DNA of 64,000 nucleotides from a cyanobacterium endosymbiont of Rhopalodia gibba. GTDB lineage: Bacteria > Cyanobacteriota > Cyanobacteriia > Cyanobacteriales > Microcystaceae. The notes under the pieces are model-generated. The model ran no database searches. It worked only from the letters and a program-made list of their open reading frames with translations, and was not told the origin of the DNA. A program made the position numbers and the translations under genes. How positions within the stretch are numbered: the stretch's first letter is position 1; each line of letters opens with the position of its first letter. The DNA lies in the NCBI GenBank assembly GCA_045159875.1, contig CP067995.1:320001-384000 (forward strand), given 5' to 3'. This document shows, piece by piece, positions 23,140 to 35,755 of this stretch.

Positions 23140-25380
23140 CACCTCAACTCAATTCAAAATATTAGGAGTTAGGCGCATAAAGACTTTATACTCGTTTCAT
23201 GGTAAATGAGTACATATGGTATTCTTCCTGCACGTTTCAAGTTAGACAAAAAAAAGAATTTCTAATTAATGAGTTAATAACTATTACTTAGGATCGTTAA
23301 CCTTAAAGTTCATTTAATGTATATCTTGTCCCGACTCGACCCTATGCTAAATATGTGCACATACTCGCAGATAAAATAGGATTACTCCTAACTATTTTAT
23401 CGTAATTTTTTTATCTCTGATGGCGTCATTACTTAAAAAATGACAGAGTATCAAAGATAAAATAATAGTTATAATGGGATATTGATAGTACGTATATTTA
23501 TTGATAGCTTTATGAAGACTTCTGGAATTTGGCGATCTTTGGTCCTATAAATATTATTTCAATTTTGATCAACAGTTTTGAATAGGATTAAAATCAGAGA
23601 AATATAGAAAGAAAAATATAGTTTTTTCTCCGATAAATTTTATTATATTTATAACTTTTCTAACTCATTGTTAATACTTTCTACTGTTCCCTGAGTCGTT
23701 TCTAAATCAATATAGACAATGATTTGATAATCCGACGTATCAGTGTTTAGCATCTAGCTCTAATAAATAAAATTTCTTACAGCAATTAACTAACTTTAAG
23801 AGTCCTTATACTCAGTCTTAGTTTTTCAAAAAAGCTATTCTAAATTCCTCTTTTAATTAGAGCCTTTTTAAGAAAAATGTTAAAATTTTGTCCATTTAAC
23901 TTAGTTTATCTTTTTATTTGTTCTTAAATTTCATATATCTCTGATAATATCAAATTTTCTCTTATTTAAATTCGATAGTTTTTTAAGTAAAAAATATTAA
24001 AATCTTTATCTTATTGTTTGAAAATTCATTTATGACCATCTGATATAAAATCAGATATATTATTATATTAAATATATAATTATTTCAATTTATATCAAAA
24101 ATTTATTTGCAATATAATTGCAGATTTTTTAAAGTCCTATACTAACTTTTTTTGTGCTTTATAAATACCTCTTTTCATCAAGTTACTGGTTATTCTAGTA
24201 TTCCTTTAGGATTTTTAATTTTTATAATTTACATACTTATTTCTTTGCCTAAAAAATTTTATTTAATAAAATTTTTATTTTTTAGCTAGAGTAGTCTTAT
24301 CATAAGTTATTTTAATAATTAAGATGTTTTTACTTGTAAACTTTAACTTAGACTTTTGAGTATTATTTTTATTTATTGTTCACTTATTCTATCTATTTTT
24401 GTTAAATTGTTAATCTCCTTATTTGAGATATTTTTAATTATTTTTACATTAGATATAAATTCTAAGTCTAGCACTTGATCTTATAGGTATAAATTAAGTT
24501 CTAATATTGCATTTAATATAATCTAAGTCTAGACATTAAATATGCTATCATACTACTTATTACCATTTTTCTAGAACTTTTCTGTTTTAGACTTATTCTA
24601 GAAGATAAGCTTGTTGATTTTCCGATAAACGAGCTCGAGATATGAGCATCTATCATGATATTTCTTTTTTGTCTACCATAGTTAGTTAATTCTTCTATTT
24701 AAGAAATATTTTTTGTACGAATTATAAGTAACCTAGTTTTTATGAGTAAAATAGTACTTTTGCTTATAATTTGACTCATACAATCAATATTTTTTGTTTA
24801 ATCATCTTTAAGTCTTCAAAAGAAGCTAAGTTGACCAATATCAATGATTCTAGACAATAACTATTATCTGGATAATGAGTTAAATGATAACTTATTCAAG
24901 ATACTTGCTAGCAACGATAGCAATCTAAAAAAAATTAAAATAACTTTATGCGTCTCGAAGTATAGAATAGAAAATGATTATCTTTATTCATATTTATTTG
25001 CAACTCATTATTTATTTAAAAAATAGATAACCATTCCTGACCGGTAAAACCAATTAGATCAACCATGGAATTTAGAAAAAGATTCAGTTTAAAAAACATA
25101 TTTCATGAAAAACAATATAATTCAAGATATTTCTCTGGAAGAAAAGGTTAAATTAGATGTATGAATTGCTAGAGAAGTTACCAGAATTATTTGGCAAATT
25201 TTAAATAATATAATTTAATTATTCAACTAAACCTTAATACTTGATATCTAAAGAAAAACTAAATTTATTCAACACTGTATAGAAGTCTTGACTAGCATGG
25301 GAGATGCATATGGCTTTTTAAAAATTAAAGAATGTTATTCAAATCTCACTCATCATTAATTAATCAAAAATCAATCAACT

Positions 25381-26496
25381 ATGAAATTTGTTGACGAATA
25401 CCGCGATGCTAACTTAGCTCAACAATATTCCAGGAAAATTTCCCAGATAACCACCAAAAATTGGAGGATAATGGAAATCTGTGGTGGACAAACCCATTCT
25501 ATTGTGAAATATGGAATTGACGAACTTTTACCCTCAAAAATTACCTTGATCCATGGACCAGGTTGTCCTGTATGTGTAACCCCCATTCAATTGATTGATT
25601 CTGCCTTAAAAATTGCCGCTCTTCAGGATGTAATTTTCTGTTCCTTTGGGGACATGTTGCGAGTCCCTGGAACTGATGAAGATTTGCTCACCGTCAAAGC
25701 GAGGGGGGGCGATGTTCGCATTGTATATTCTCCTTTAGATTGTCTGAAACTTTCCCAGAAAAATCCCAACAAACAGGTAGTCTTTTTTGCTGTCGGGTTT
25801 GAAACCACTACCCCTGCAACCGCCATGGTTGTTTATCAAGCTGCACAACACGCAATAACCAATCTTTCTTTATTGGTGTCTCATGTCTTGGTCCCTCCTG
25901 CCATGGAAACTATTTTAGGGTCACCTAAATCCCAAATACAGGGGTTTTTAGCCGCTGGTCATGTTTGCACAGTAATGGGATATGAAGAATATAACCATAT
26001 TTCCCAAAAATACGGCGTTCCTATCGTGATAACAGGGTTTGAACCCGTTGATGTTCTTCAAGGAATTTATCTATGTCTGCAACAGTTAGAATCAGGACAG
26101 GCGTACTGTGAGAATCAATATGTCCGTTCCGTGAAGCAACAGGGCAATTCTATTGCAAAACAAATTATTCAAGAAGTATTTGAGGTAGTTCCTCGACAAT
26201 GGCGAGGTATTGGGGAGATTGATCAAAGTGGCTTAGGGTTGAGGGGAAAATATGCAAGTTTTGACGCCTTAAAACGGTTCGCCGAGGAATTATCTTTAAT
26301 CAAACCCTCTTATGTCTCTTCTATTTGTATTAGTGGAGAAATTATGCAAGGCCGTAAAAACCCCCACCATTGTCCTGCCTTTGGGAAAGAATGCACTCCA
26401 GAACATCCATTGGGCGCACCCATGGTATCCTCGGAAGGGACTTGTGCTGCTTACTATCACTATCGTAATTATAAAAGTCAAACATTGATGGTTTAA
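25381..26496 (+). CDS. hypD: [NiFe]-hydrogenase maturation protein
   Basis: [37 protein letters not shown]. Confidence 0.98.
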   Translation: MKFVDEYRDANLAQQYSRKISQITTKNWRIMEICGGQTHSIVKYGIDELLPSKITLIHGPGCPVCVTPIQLIDSALKIAALQDVIFCSFGDMLRVPGTDEDLLTVKARGGDVRIVYSPLDCLKLSQKNPNKQVVFFAVGFETTTPATAMVVYQAAQHAITNLSLLVSHVLVPPAMETILGSPKSQIQGFLAAGHVCTVMGYEEYNHISQKYGVPIVITGFEPVDVLQGIYLCLQQLESGQAYCENQYVRSVKQQGNSIAKQIIQEVFEVVPRQWRGIGEIDQSGLGLRGKYASFDALKRFAEELSLIKPSYVSSICISGEIMQGRKNPHHCPAFGKECTPEHPLGAPMVSSEGTCAAYYHYRNYKSQTLMV

Positions 26497-26734
26497 GAAG
26501 TCAAAATCTTATGGTACTATCTTTTTTTTTGATTTAGTCGCAGCTGCGATAACCACAATTAAGAATTAATTATGCTATAAGTACTGTCATTTTAAATAGT
26601 ATTTAAAATTAAAATAACTAATTTTTCTTATTCTGAATGTAAAAATTAGCGAATAATAAATTCATAAAGGAATAGCTGCTAATAGAAGCGTGGATTTAGA
26701 TAATAATTATCAAGAGATATCATGTTTTATTCGA

Positions 26735-26920
26735 TTAAAAAGTCATCTAGTTTTTATTGCTGTTACTACCATTATTTTTATTGGTTAAATTGTGATCATT
26801 CAATGGGGAAGACGAGTAGTTAAAACTACTCCCTTATCATTGGGTGGTTGAATTTCTATTATTTTAGGAATCTCTATTGTTATTTGGTAAGGAGAAATTT
26901 ATTTCATTATTCAAAGACTT
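26735..26920 (+). pseudogene. C-terminal remnant of a Ca2+-type P-type ATPase
   Basis: VFIAVTTIIFIG*IVIIQWGRRVVKTTPLSLGG*ISIILGISIVIW*GEI resembles the last TM helices (GQIxIVQxGGxxFRTxPLS). Confidence 0.5.
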
Positions 26921-29055
26921 AACGATAGTAAACTAGAAGTCACTAATTAAAATTTACTAGTTAACTTTAAAAGATAAATTAATATCCTGAAGTCTTTAGT
27001 TAATCGATTTACTATTAGTCGTTTAAAAGAAGATAAAAAGATAGTTTATTGTTACTACTAATCGTTTATCGTAGATGTTTAACGATTTGTATTATGACAG
27101 TTTGAACTGTTCTTTACTAAGAGAAAAGTATAAACCTGTTGATTGATTCAATGAAGTTAAACAAAAATTTATATTAACCTTATCAGTGGAACCTTAAGTA
27201 TTAAAAATACACCAATTAAAGTACTTCAATGAAGATTAATTATCCATTTTTATTTAGATTTTAGATATAAAAACCTAAAGTAATTAAGCTATTGTTTTTG
27301 TTTTATTCCGATCCTTTAAGAGTATTAGGTTCTTTTGACTGTAAACTTAATAAAAAAATAAAAACCCTATAAGAATGCTATTCATGAATATTTTTTAAAA
27401 TGTTTTAGATTTAGCTTTATCTGTTTAACTTGTGCCATAAAAATAGTTATTTTTTAAATAAAAATAACCTTAATTACTTTTAAGTCTAAAGCTTAGACAT
27501 AGAAGAAGACGCAAAAGATATTTTAAAAAAAAATAGTTTAATTTTAGATTTATCTTTTGAAGATAATTAAGATTTAAATAAAGTAAATATAATTCAAGTT
27601 AGTTAATTTAAAGGTTAGTTCAATTTTTGAATAGAACTCCATTTCTTGAAGTAATTATATGGATTTAATAAATTTATAGTTTTAATTTTGAAAACAAGCT
27701 AAACTTACTTTATATTGTTCTATAAATTTTTATAAAATTAGAACTTATAAAGTACTAAAAAATTGCTGTTTAATTAAAATTAAATCAAAAAAATATTAAA
27801 AATAACTTTATTTATATTTAAAATTGAAGTATCAATACTAAAAAATAATCATTTTAGCCGTTAATTATTTTAAATATAAATTTAAAATAATTTGTCAATT
27901 TACAACTATCGATAGTGATTATATTGATAATATTAGCATACTTAAAAAGTTTTATAATAATCAAAAAGATGCTTAGAAAACAAAAAGATAAATCAATAAT
28001 ACTAAAGCTTAATTTTTAATTAAAAAGTATTTTTTTGTGTAAAATACTGATCAAATTGTCTTTGATGGCTAAAATTAACAAGTTTATATAAGAGTTTATT
28101 TAGTTATCAAATTGTCTTCTTTAAAAGAATTAATTGATTCAATTGATATCCATCATCTATTTTAGATATTTCGTTGACTTTTGCTAAAATTTACAAAATG
28201 TATTTTTTATACAATCATGTTTAGAATAACTATGGTAAAAATACATGATTATATTTAAAAATAAGTAAATATTTCCTACGGTAATTCAAACAAATATTTT
28301 TTATATTTTATTTTTAAAATAAAGCAAAAACAGTAAATTTAAATGACGCATAAATTGTCACTTTTTTAGATAAAAATAAGTGGAATTAGATATTTTATTG
28401 ACTAGACTTACTAATAGTTACTTCTGATATAAGTATACAAATTTTTAATTATCTATCTAAAGTAGGATAAAAATAAACAAAAAAGTTTTCAGATAAGTTC
28501 ATAAGTCAATCCAAGAAAAATATTAATCTAATCGATATAAGTACAAAATATTTATCAATAGATATCTATGTAAAAGTTAAAGATATAAATTTTAATTAAA
28601 TTTTCAAATGTTATTATTAATCTCTCCCCAACTCATTATAGACATCATTAACAAGAAAAAACATAATTTAAATTATAGTAAGTATTTTGAAAAAATTTTT
28701 TTTAAGTCAGAGAAACTCAATTTAGTTGCTTGGATTTATTTGGTAATATCAAGTTATTGATATCTAGTCTATTTTAGAGTGCTCTAAAACATAATATTAT
28801 ATTTTTTAAAGAAACCTTATCTTAGATATTTCAGTTAAAATAAGTGACATTTTAAACTATACAATTATTTTTTATCTCACTTGCAAGTAGTATAAATAAT
28901 TATAGTGACTAACTAAAATATTTATTTGCAAAATATTAATTTATACATATTTTACAAAAACTCTTAAATAGATAACTGATTTAAGGAGCGAAGTATTAGT
29001 TTTTATTTTTTAAATTTACTTTTGTAGTTAGCTTTTTCAACTCTACCTAACCAAT

Positions 29056-29380
29056 CAGGTAAAATACCAAGTTAAAAAAAATCGTAGTTAAAAATTGACG
29101 AGATTTTTGAATCCATAAGCTCTCCTTTTAATCAACTTCAATTTATTATTAATCTCTTTTATGATTCCTTGGCTTGTTCTCTGATAAAAATAGGTAATAA
29201 TTTCTCTAATCTAACTCCTCATTGTTCCGCCGCTTTCTGGCTATATAGTATAGTATCGCCTAAATAATAATTATGGTTGTTGATACGCCTGTTATTAAAG
29301 ATTAAGTTTTGTCTTTGTATCTTTAACTTTTACATTACAGATTTAGTAGGACCGCATTCCATTCTAATTTGAGATATTCT
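29056..29380 (-). mobile_element. ISL3-family transposase C-terminal remnant
   Basis: GTMRS*IREIITYFYQRTSQGIIKEINNK / LKLIKRRAYGFKNLVNF*LR matches EGINNKLKLIKRRAYGFRN. Confidence 0.85.
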
Positions 29381-29522
29381 TTTGGGATATAAAAGATTTT
29401 TTGAGAAAAATCTGACAAAATTTTGATCTGGGTATTCATTCTAATTTAGATATTTTTCTTGTGTTAAGTGTGCGTAATGGTTAAACTAGATTAGGAAAAT
29501 TAATTATCTCTAAAATAAAAAT

Positions 29523-30194
29523 TTGATCTCTTCAGACTCTTCTAGAAACCCTTCACTGGCTTGGCAAAATTTGCTCAGACAACATCGGGTTATTGCAGTC
29601 ATCCGCACTGACAATTTAAATCTTGGCTTAGACATGGCTAAAGCCGTATCTGCTGGTGGAATTCGTCTAATTGAAATTACCTGGAATAGTGAAAGACCTG
29701 TCCAACTAATTCGCCAAATTTGCGAGGAATTACCTAACTGTACCATTGGAACAGGGACAGTTCTAAACCTCGAACAGCTACAAGAGGCGATTGCAGCTAA
29801 GGTTAAATTTTGCTTTACCCCCCACGTCAACCCTACATTAATTCAAAACGCCATTAACGCCGAGATTCCTATAATTCCTGGCGCTTTATCTCCTACGGAA
29901 ATTACCACCGCTTGGCAATTAGGAGCTAGTTGCGTTAAAGTCTTTCCTGTACAAGCGATAGGAGGAGTCTCTTACATTGAAGGGCTACAAGGTCCTTTGG
30001 GCTTTATTCCCCTTATTCCCACTGGTGGCGTAACCCTCGACAATGCTGCGGACTTTATTCAAGCAGGGGCGATTGCAGTAGGGTTATCGGGTCAATTATT
30101 TCCTAAGAAGGCTATTGATAATAAAAATTGGGAGGTCATCACTCAAAAAGCTCAAATATTGTTGCAACAACTAAAGCCTTTTTGTTCCGTCTAA
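29523..30194 (+). CDS. eda: KDPG/KHG aldolase
   Basis: IAVIR, GIRLIEIT, GTGTVL, VKVFP, PTGGV; start uncertain (TTG). Confidence 0.92.
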   Translation: MISSDSSRNPSLAWQNLLRQHRVIAVIRTDNLNLGLDMAKAVSAGGIRLIEITWNSERPVQLIRQICEELPNCTIGTGTVLNLEQLQEAIAAKVKFCFTPHVNPTLIQNAINAEIPIIPGALSPTEITTAWQLGASCVKVFPVQAIGGVSYIEGLQGPLGFIPLIPTGGVTLDNAADFIQAGAIAVGLSGQLFPKKAIDNKNWEVITQKAQILLQQLKPFCSV

Positions 30195-30405
30195 AAAAAT
30201 GCTGTTTCACGATTCTTCTTTTAAAGATAATTTCTGAAAGTTTGGTAAATTTTTAGTGAAAGTTAGATAGAATAGAGAGTATATAAAAAGTTAGTAAACC
30301 ATAAGATATTTTATCTTTTTTGGAGATAAGTTTAATAGAAATTTATAGAGGAAGGGGAAAGCAACAGCTATTTTCCAGAAAAAGTATTTGTTCAGTTCTA
30401 GTGTT

Positions 30406-30890
30406 ATGAGTACAGACTTTAGTCTTGATATTGCCGAAGTATTGTATTATTTAGATGACTTATATCAAGAATTTAAACATAATGACAATTTTGTTCCTCA
30501 ATTTACACATTTATAAAGAAAAAAATCGTAATGTAGTATTATAAATTTAAGCTGCATTTAATGATAAACTAACGGTGATAATTATTGGATTTTAAGTCAA
30601 TTATAGATAATACATAATAACCAAAAAATTGTTTCTATGTTAGCAAAAGATTAAGCTGTTAAATCATTTTAAAACCAAGGATATATTACTCAATAACCCT
30701 TTAAAAGGACCTATAAACAAGGACTTCAGTTAATTCCTCACCATCGACAGAATAATGAAGTAAAACTCGGCAAAAACAATTAATAAAATTACACGTTGTA
30801 AACGTTCTTTGATTGAAACGGTTTACGATAAAGGTAAAATATCTCTCAGATTGAACATTCTAGACATTGAAGTGTTTAAAACCTTTTTCA
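30406..30890 (+). mobile_element. IS982-family transposase remnant, internally deleted
   Basis: LDIAEVLYYLDDLYQEF; KGYITQ; KRSLIETVYD / ISQIEHSRH*SV. Confidence 0.82.
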
Positions 30891-31249
30891 AAGATCGAAT
30901 TTCTCAAGCAGTAGTAAAAGAGATTAATCAAAAGATTGAATTAATCACAAAAATAAGCGCATGGCTTAACTAACTTTGATAATTTTAGAGGGATAGCCTT
31001 ATGAAACTGATATTTTTCCCAGCAACTTCTTCAGACTTAATCTAGGAGAGCTAAAATTGTAAACTTATTAATTTAGTCCATTGCATTTGTATAAATACCT
31101 GGATTCATAGAAAAAGTTAGTTAACCTGTCTGGCTATAAATAGCGGTCAAGTATGGCAAACGAATCAAAAAGGTCAAATTAGAATTGCTCTGATAAAAGA
31201 ATTTAGCCGTAGTTTAGTTCAACTACTTCTCCATTGATTAATTATTTAG

Positions 31250-32125
31250 TCAGACTAAATCTTTGATTCCACTAACATTAGCCAACTTAAGATCGGGACA
31301 AGTGCGCTTAATTAAGCCCGTTAGTACCTTTCCTGGACCAACCTCAATCCCCTGACTAATTTCTTCTTTACGCAATTGAAACATTGTCTCTCGCCAACGA
31401 ACAGAACTGGTCATCTGTTGAGTCAAATGAGCTCTTAAGACTGTTCCTGACTGAGTAGGAGTAGGATCAACATTAGAAAGCACCGGAATTTGAGCATCAG
31501 TAAATTCATAAGCAGTCAATAACGTCTCGAATTGTTGGGCCACTGTTCTCATTAACGGAGAATGAAATGCCCCAGACACTTTAAGCAGAACGGCTCGTTT
31601 AGCCTTAATCTGAGAGAGAACTTCCTTGACTGCTTCAGGGGTTCCCGAAATAACCACCTGTTGATCACTATTATCATTAGCTAATACGACATTAGGATTA
31701 GCTGCGATCACCTGTTCTAATTGACTTTGATCAAACTTCATCAAGGCGGCCATTTTTCCCCCAGTGACTGTATCCATTAACTGGGCGCGACGTTGAACCA
31801 ATTGTAATCCGGTAGCAAAATCGAACACTTTCGCCGCATACAAAGCCGAATATTCCCCTAAACTATGCCCTGCAACCAAATCTGGTGTTTGACCTTTCTC
31901 TCGAAGTAAATCGCTTAAAATGCTTTCAATCACATACAAACAAGGCTGAGTATAGAGAGTACGAGATAATTCTTCCTCATTTTCCTGACATTTTTCCACC
32001 ACAGACCAACCCAGAATCTGCTGTGCCTGTTCAAATTTAGTTTTGCCGATGAAAGTTTCTTGTAAATCTACTCCCATCCCAACGATTTGTGATCCTTGTC
32101 CCGGAAATACCCACGCTGTTTTCAT
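31250..32125 (-). CDS. fabD: Malonyl-CoA:ACP transacylase
   Basis: VFPGQGSQ, GHSLGEY, VSGAFHS. Confidence 0.98.
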   Translation of the reverse strand: MKTAWVFPGQGSQIVGMGVDLQETFIGKTKFEQAQQILGWSVVEKCQENEEELSRTLYTQPCLYVIESILSDLLREKGQTPDLVAGHSLGEYSALYAAKVFDFATGLQLVQRRAQLMDTVTGGKMAALMKFDQSQLEQVIAANPNVVLANDNSDQQVVISGTPEAVKEVLSQIKAKRAVLLKVSGAFHSPLMRTVAQQFETLLTAYEFTDAQIPVLSNVDPTPTQSGTVLRAHLTQQMTSSVRWRETMFQLRKEEISQGIEVGPGKVLTGLIKRTCPDLKLANVSGIKDLV

Positions 32126-32166
32126 TTGTTATTTTCAATAAATCTTCAAAAATTAATTAAAGGTGA

Positions 32167-33168
32167 TTAAATGCCCCAGCGAAAAATCACTGCACCCCAG
32201 GTTAAACCTGCCCCAAAGCCAGAACTAGCGATTACATCCCCCGTTTTAATTTTACCGTCTCTGACAGCTTCATCAAGGGCAATGGGGATGGATGCGGCTG
32301 ACGTGTTACCGCATTCTTCTAGGTTAGCAATGATCTTTTCTGGGGGAATCTTGAGCCGTTGAGCCACCGCACACATAATACGCTGATTGGCTTGGTGTAG
32401 GATTAGCCAGTCAATATCGTCACTGGAAATGTTAGCACGAAATAGGGCCCTTTCAATAACTTCTGGCACTTTAGCTACAGCAAAACGGTAAATTTCTCGT
32501 CCGTTCATGGTGATAGGATGGTAAGTCCCTTGACTGATAGTAATTTCATCTTTAAGGGTTTTCTCTTGTCCTTCGTAGGAAAGATTAAGAGAATGATGTT
32601 GCTGTCCATTACTATACATATCAAACCCTAACAAGCGATCTTCATGAAGATTTGCTTGACAAACAACTGCGCCTGCTCCATCGCCAAATAGAACACAGGT
32701 GTTACGATCTGACCAGTCTATCCAACGGGAAAGAATATCAGCCCCAATCACTACTACTCGTTGATAAACCCCAGTCCGAATAAATTGAGCGGCCGTGATT
32801 AAGGCGAAAACAAAGCCCGAACACGCAGCTGTCAAATCAAAAGCTACCGCATTAGAAGCTCCTAATAATTGTTGTACTTTAGCCGCACTTCCGAATAAGT
32901 CATCAGGGGTAGAAGTCGCTAAGATAATTAGGTCAATATCTCTAGGAGTCAGACCAGCCATAGTAATTGCTCCTTGAGCTGCTTGAGCCGAGATATCACT
33001 AAGGGATGTATCTGGCGAAGCTAAATGCCGACGGCCGATTCCGGTACGTGTCCGAATCCACTCATCGGAGGTATCAACAAGATGACCAAGGTCATCATTA
33101 GTAATCACCTGGGTTGGTGTGAATGAACCACAGCCCGTAATTGCAATTTTAGCTCCTGATGCGTTCAA
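32167..33168 (-). CDS. fabH: 3-oxoacyl-ACP synthase III
   Basis: AACSGF, LFGDGAGA, HQANQRI, GNTSAASIP. Confidence 0.98.
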   Translation of the reverse strand: MNASGAKIAITGCGSFTPTQVITNDDLGHLVDTSDEWIRTRTGIGRRHLASPDTSLSDISAQAAQGAITMAGLTPRDIDLIILATSTPDDLFGSAAKVQQLLGASNAVAFDLTAACSGFVFALITAAQFIRTGVYQRVVVIGADILSRWIDWSDRNTCVLFGDGAGAVVCQANLHEDRLLGFDMYSNGQQHHSLNLSYEGQEKTLKDEITISQGTYHPITMNGREIYRFAVAKVPEVIERALFRANISSDDIDWLILHQANQRIMCAVAQRLKIPPEKIIANLEECGNTSAASIPIALDEAVRDGKIKTGDVIASSGFGAGLTWGAVIFRWGI

Positions 33169-33247
33169 CGATTTTCTCCTTAGGTCTCCCTGAAATATTC
33201 GTGATTATCGGGGAGAATACTCCCCTAAAAGTTTTTTAGTGTCAGTA

Positions 33248-34300
33248 TCACGGTTCACTGTTTACTATAGCTGAGCTATCCACTATTTTATTAATATAAG
33301 TCGACGTATCAGCTTGAATACGCTCAATAACTCGGTGATTAATGGCTTCTTTTGCCAAGCGAATCGCATTAAAAATTGATGGAGCTTGGGAGCTACCATG
33401 ACTAACAATACAAATCCCGGCGACTCCAAACAATAATGCACCCCCTTGTTCAGCATGATCGACACGCTGTTTCAGCTTTTTCAAGTTTGGCTTAAGGATT
33501 TGACCGCCGATTTTTCCACGCCATCCTTGAGGTAATTCCTCGCGCATAATTTGTAGGAGGATTTCTCCAACAGCTTCTGCAAATTTTAGCAGAACGTTCC
33601 CAACAAAACCATCACAGACGATTACGTCAAACTGTCCCGAGAGGACATCTCTTCCTTCAGCATTACCGACAAAGGGGATGTCTTTGTTTTTTTCTAGTAA
33701 TTCATAAGTTCTTAAAGCTAAATCATTGCCCTTGCTAGATTCCTCGCCGATATTGAGTAAACCCACCTTGGGTTGGTCAACTCCCATTACATATTGGCTG
33801 TAAATAGTCCCCATCAGGGCAAATTGTTCTAAATATTTGGGACGACAATCCACATTAGCCCCTACATCTAAAATAATCACGGATTTACCTGCTAGTAGAG
33901 TGGGGAAGACAGCCCCAATTGCGGGACGATCAATGCCTTTTATGCGGCCTAAACGGAGAGAAGCTGCCGCCATGGCAGCCCCTGAATGTCCCGCCGAAAC
34001 CACCGCATCAGCACGGTTTTGTTTAACTAAATCCATGACTACGTTAATGGATGCTTTGGGCTTACGTCTAAGTCCCTTAAGTCCTTCGTCCATAGCGATC
34101 ACCCCATCGGCCTCGACAATTTCGATATTAGGGGCATGAACATGGTGTTTTAGGGAGTTTTGGATTTGTTGGTGATCGCCAACCAACAAAACGGTCACAT
34201 CTAGCTCTTCGGAAGCTCGGATCGCTCCAGCGACGATTTCACCAGGGGCGTGATCCCCTCCCATAGCGTCTACTGCAATTCTTGCGGGGGTTGCTGCCAT
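33248..34300 (-). CDS. plsX: Phosphate acyltransferase
   Basis: IAVDAMGGDHAP, LDVGANVD, CDGFVGN. Confidence 0.98.
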   Translation of the reverse strand: MAATPARIAVDAMGGDHAPGEIVAGAIRASEELDVTVLLVGDHQQIQNSLKHHVHAPNIEIVEADGVIAMDEGLKGLRRKPKASINVVMDLVKQNRADAVVSAGHSGAAMAAASLRLGRIKGIDRPAIGAVFPTLLAGKSVIILDVGANVDCRPKYLEQFALMGTIYSQYVMGVDQPKVGLLNIGEESSKGNDLALRTYELLEKNKDIPFVGNAEGRDVLSGQFDVIVCDGFVGNVLLKFAEAVGEILLQIMREELPQGWRGKIGGQILKPNLKKLKQRVDHAEQGGALLFGVAGICIVSHGSSQAPSIFNAIRLAKEAINHRVIERIQADTSTYINKIVDSSAIVNSEP

Positions 34301-34465
34301 TGAATCAAAGTGATAGAAACCTTCAAAATTTTAACAGAAGCCCTGAAAAATCCGAACAGAAAGAATTCGCAATTTCACAACAGGCTAAACAAATAATGAT
34401 AAAAAAAGAAAGATCAAGAAAAATAACATTATCCAGATTATCGCATGACGTGAGGTGATTTCAGA

Positions 34466-35755
34466 ATGCAAGAACTATTCGCTTTGGCTATTGCTAATTT
34501 GTTGATAAATGTTTTGAGGCCTAACCTAAAACCGTTAGAACCTATCATGGTGGCTGCCTGGCAACAGGCAAAAATTTTTGATGTTCCCACCAATCCTGAT
34601 CCTATAGTAGAAAAAATTGTGGCCGACTATCTCCAAAACATCAAAGCCCTAGGTTTCTCTCTAGACAAACAAGGGGTTTGGATTCAATCAGATTGGGCTT
34701 ATCTAGGACAAAATCAGTCTAATCTTCCTTTGCCTGCCGCGTCTCTGACTAAAATTGCCACCTCTATTGCTGCTTTGGAAACTTGGGAAATAGATCATCG
34801 TTTTGAAACCCTAATTTATACGGTAGGTTCTTTCAAAGATGGAGTCTTAATAGGAGATTTGGTCATTCAAGGAAGCGGTGATCCTTTATTTGTTTGGGAA
34901 GAAGCAATCACGCTGGGTAATCACTTAAACAAATTGGGAATTCGTAAAGTCATAGGTAATTTAATCATTGTTAACAATTTTTCGATGAATTTTAAATCTG
35001 ATCCACAAATCTCAGGGGAACTACTCAAAGTAGGCTTAGATAAATCTCGTTGGCGTAGAAGTGTTGATACTTTTGTTCAACACTTCTACGCCAATACTCC
35101 TCTTCCCCAAGTAGCGATCACGGGTGCGGTTAAAGTTCAATCTAATCTCCCAGAAGGTTCTCAATTACTAATCCTTCACCAGTCTTTAACTTTGGCTGAA
35201 CTCCTCAAACAAATGAATCTTTACAGTAATAATGCCATGGCTGAGAGCCTAGCACAATCGGTGGGAGGAGCAAAAATAGTAGCGCAGAAAGCCGCCAGAG
35301 CAGCTAATGTTCCCTTCAAAGAAATTCAATTGATTAATGGATCCGGATTGGGACTCGAAAACCGCATTTCTCCTCAAGCATCTGTAGCTATGTTAATTGG
35401 TATTCAAAAGAAGTTGAAAGAAAATTCCCTCAATGTCACAGATATTTTCCCAATGGCTGGACGAGATACCACTGGAACGGTAAAATGGCGTAATCTTCCA
35501 GATGGAGTGACGGTTAAAACCGGAACCTTAGCTCAAGTAAGTGCCTTAGCAGGGGTGATATCTACGAAAGAGCGGGGTCAAGTTTGGTTTTCTATCATTA
35601 ATCATGGCTACAATATTGATCTCTTTCGAGTTGAACAGGATCGATTGTTACAGCGTTTAGCTGATCATTGGCAACTGACTGATGTTTCATTAACTCAGCA
35701 AATTAAACCATATTTAGGTGATCCTCAACGTAATAAGTTAAAAGCCAAAAGTTAA
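34466..35755 (+). CDS. dacB: D-Ala-D-Ala carboxypeptidase/endopeptidase (peptidase S13, PBP4-like)
   Basis: PAASLTK (SxxK), SNN (SxN), NGSGL, KTGTL. Confidence 0.88.
   Translation: MQELFALAIANLLINVLRPNLKPLEPIMVAAWQQAKIFDVPTNPDPIVEKIVADYLQNIKALGFSLDKQGVWIQSDWAYLGQNQSNLPLPAASLTKIATSIAALETWEIDHRFETLIYTVGSFKDGVLIGDLVIQGSGDPLFVWEEAITLGNHLNKLGIRKVIGNLIIVNNFSMNFKSDPQISGELLKVGLDKSRWRRSVDTFVQHFYANTPLPQVAITGAVKVQSNLPEGSQLLILHQSLTLAELLKQMNLYSNNAMAESLAQSVGGAKIVAQKAARAANVPFKEIQLINGSGLGLENRISPQASVAMLIGIQKKLKENSLNVTDIFPMAGRDTTGTVKWRNLPDGVTVKTGTLAQVSALAGVISTKERGQVWFSIINHGYNIDLFRVEQDRLLQRLADHWQLTDVSLTQQIKPYLGDPQRNKLKAKS

Noticed and set aside
24844..25026. AT-rich 60-aa ORF (also 14963-15169)
   Set aside because: Low-complexity products with no motif or RBS; probably chance ORFs or unidentifiable debris
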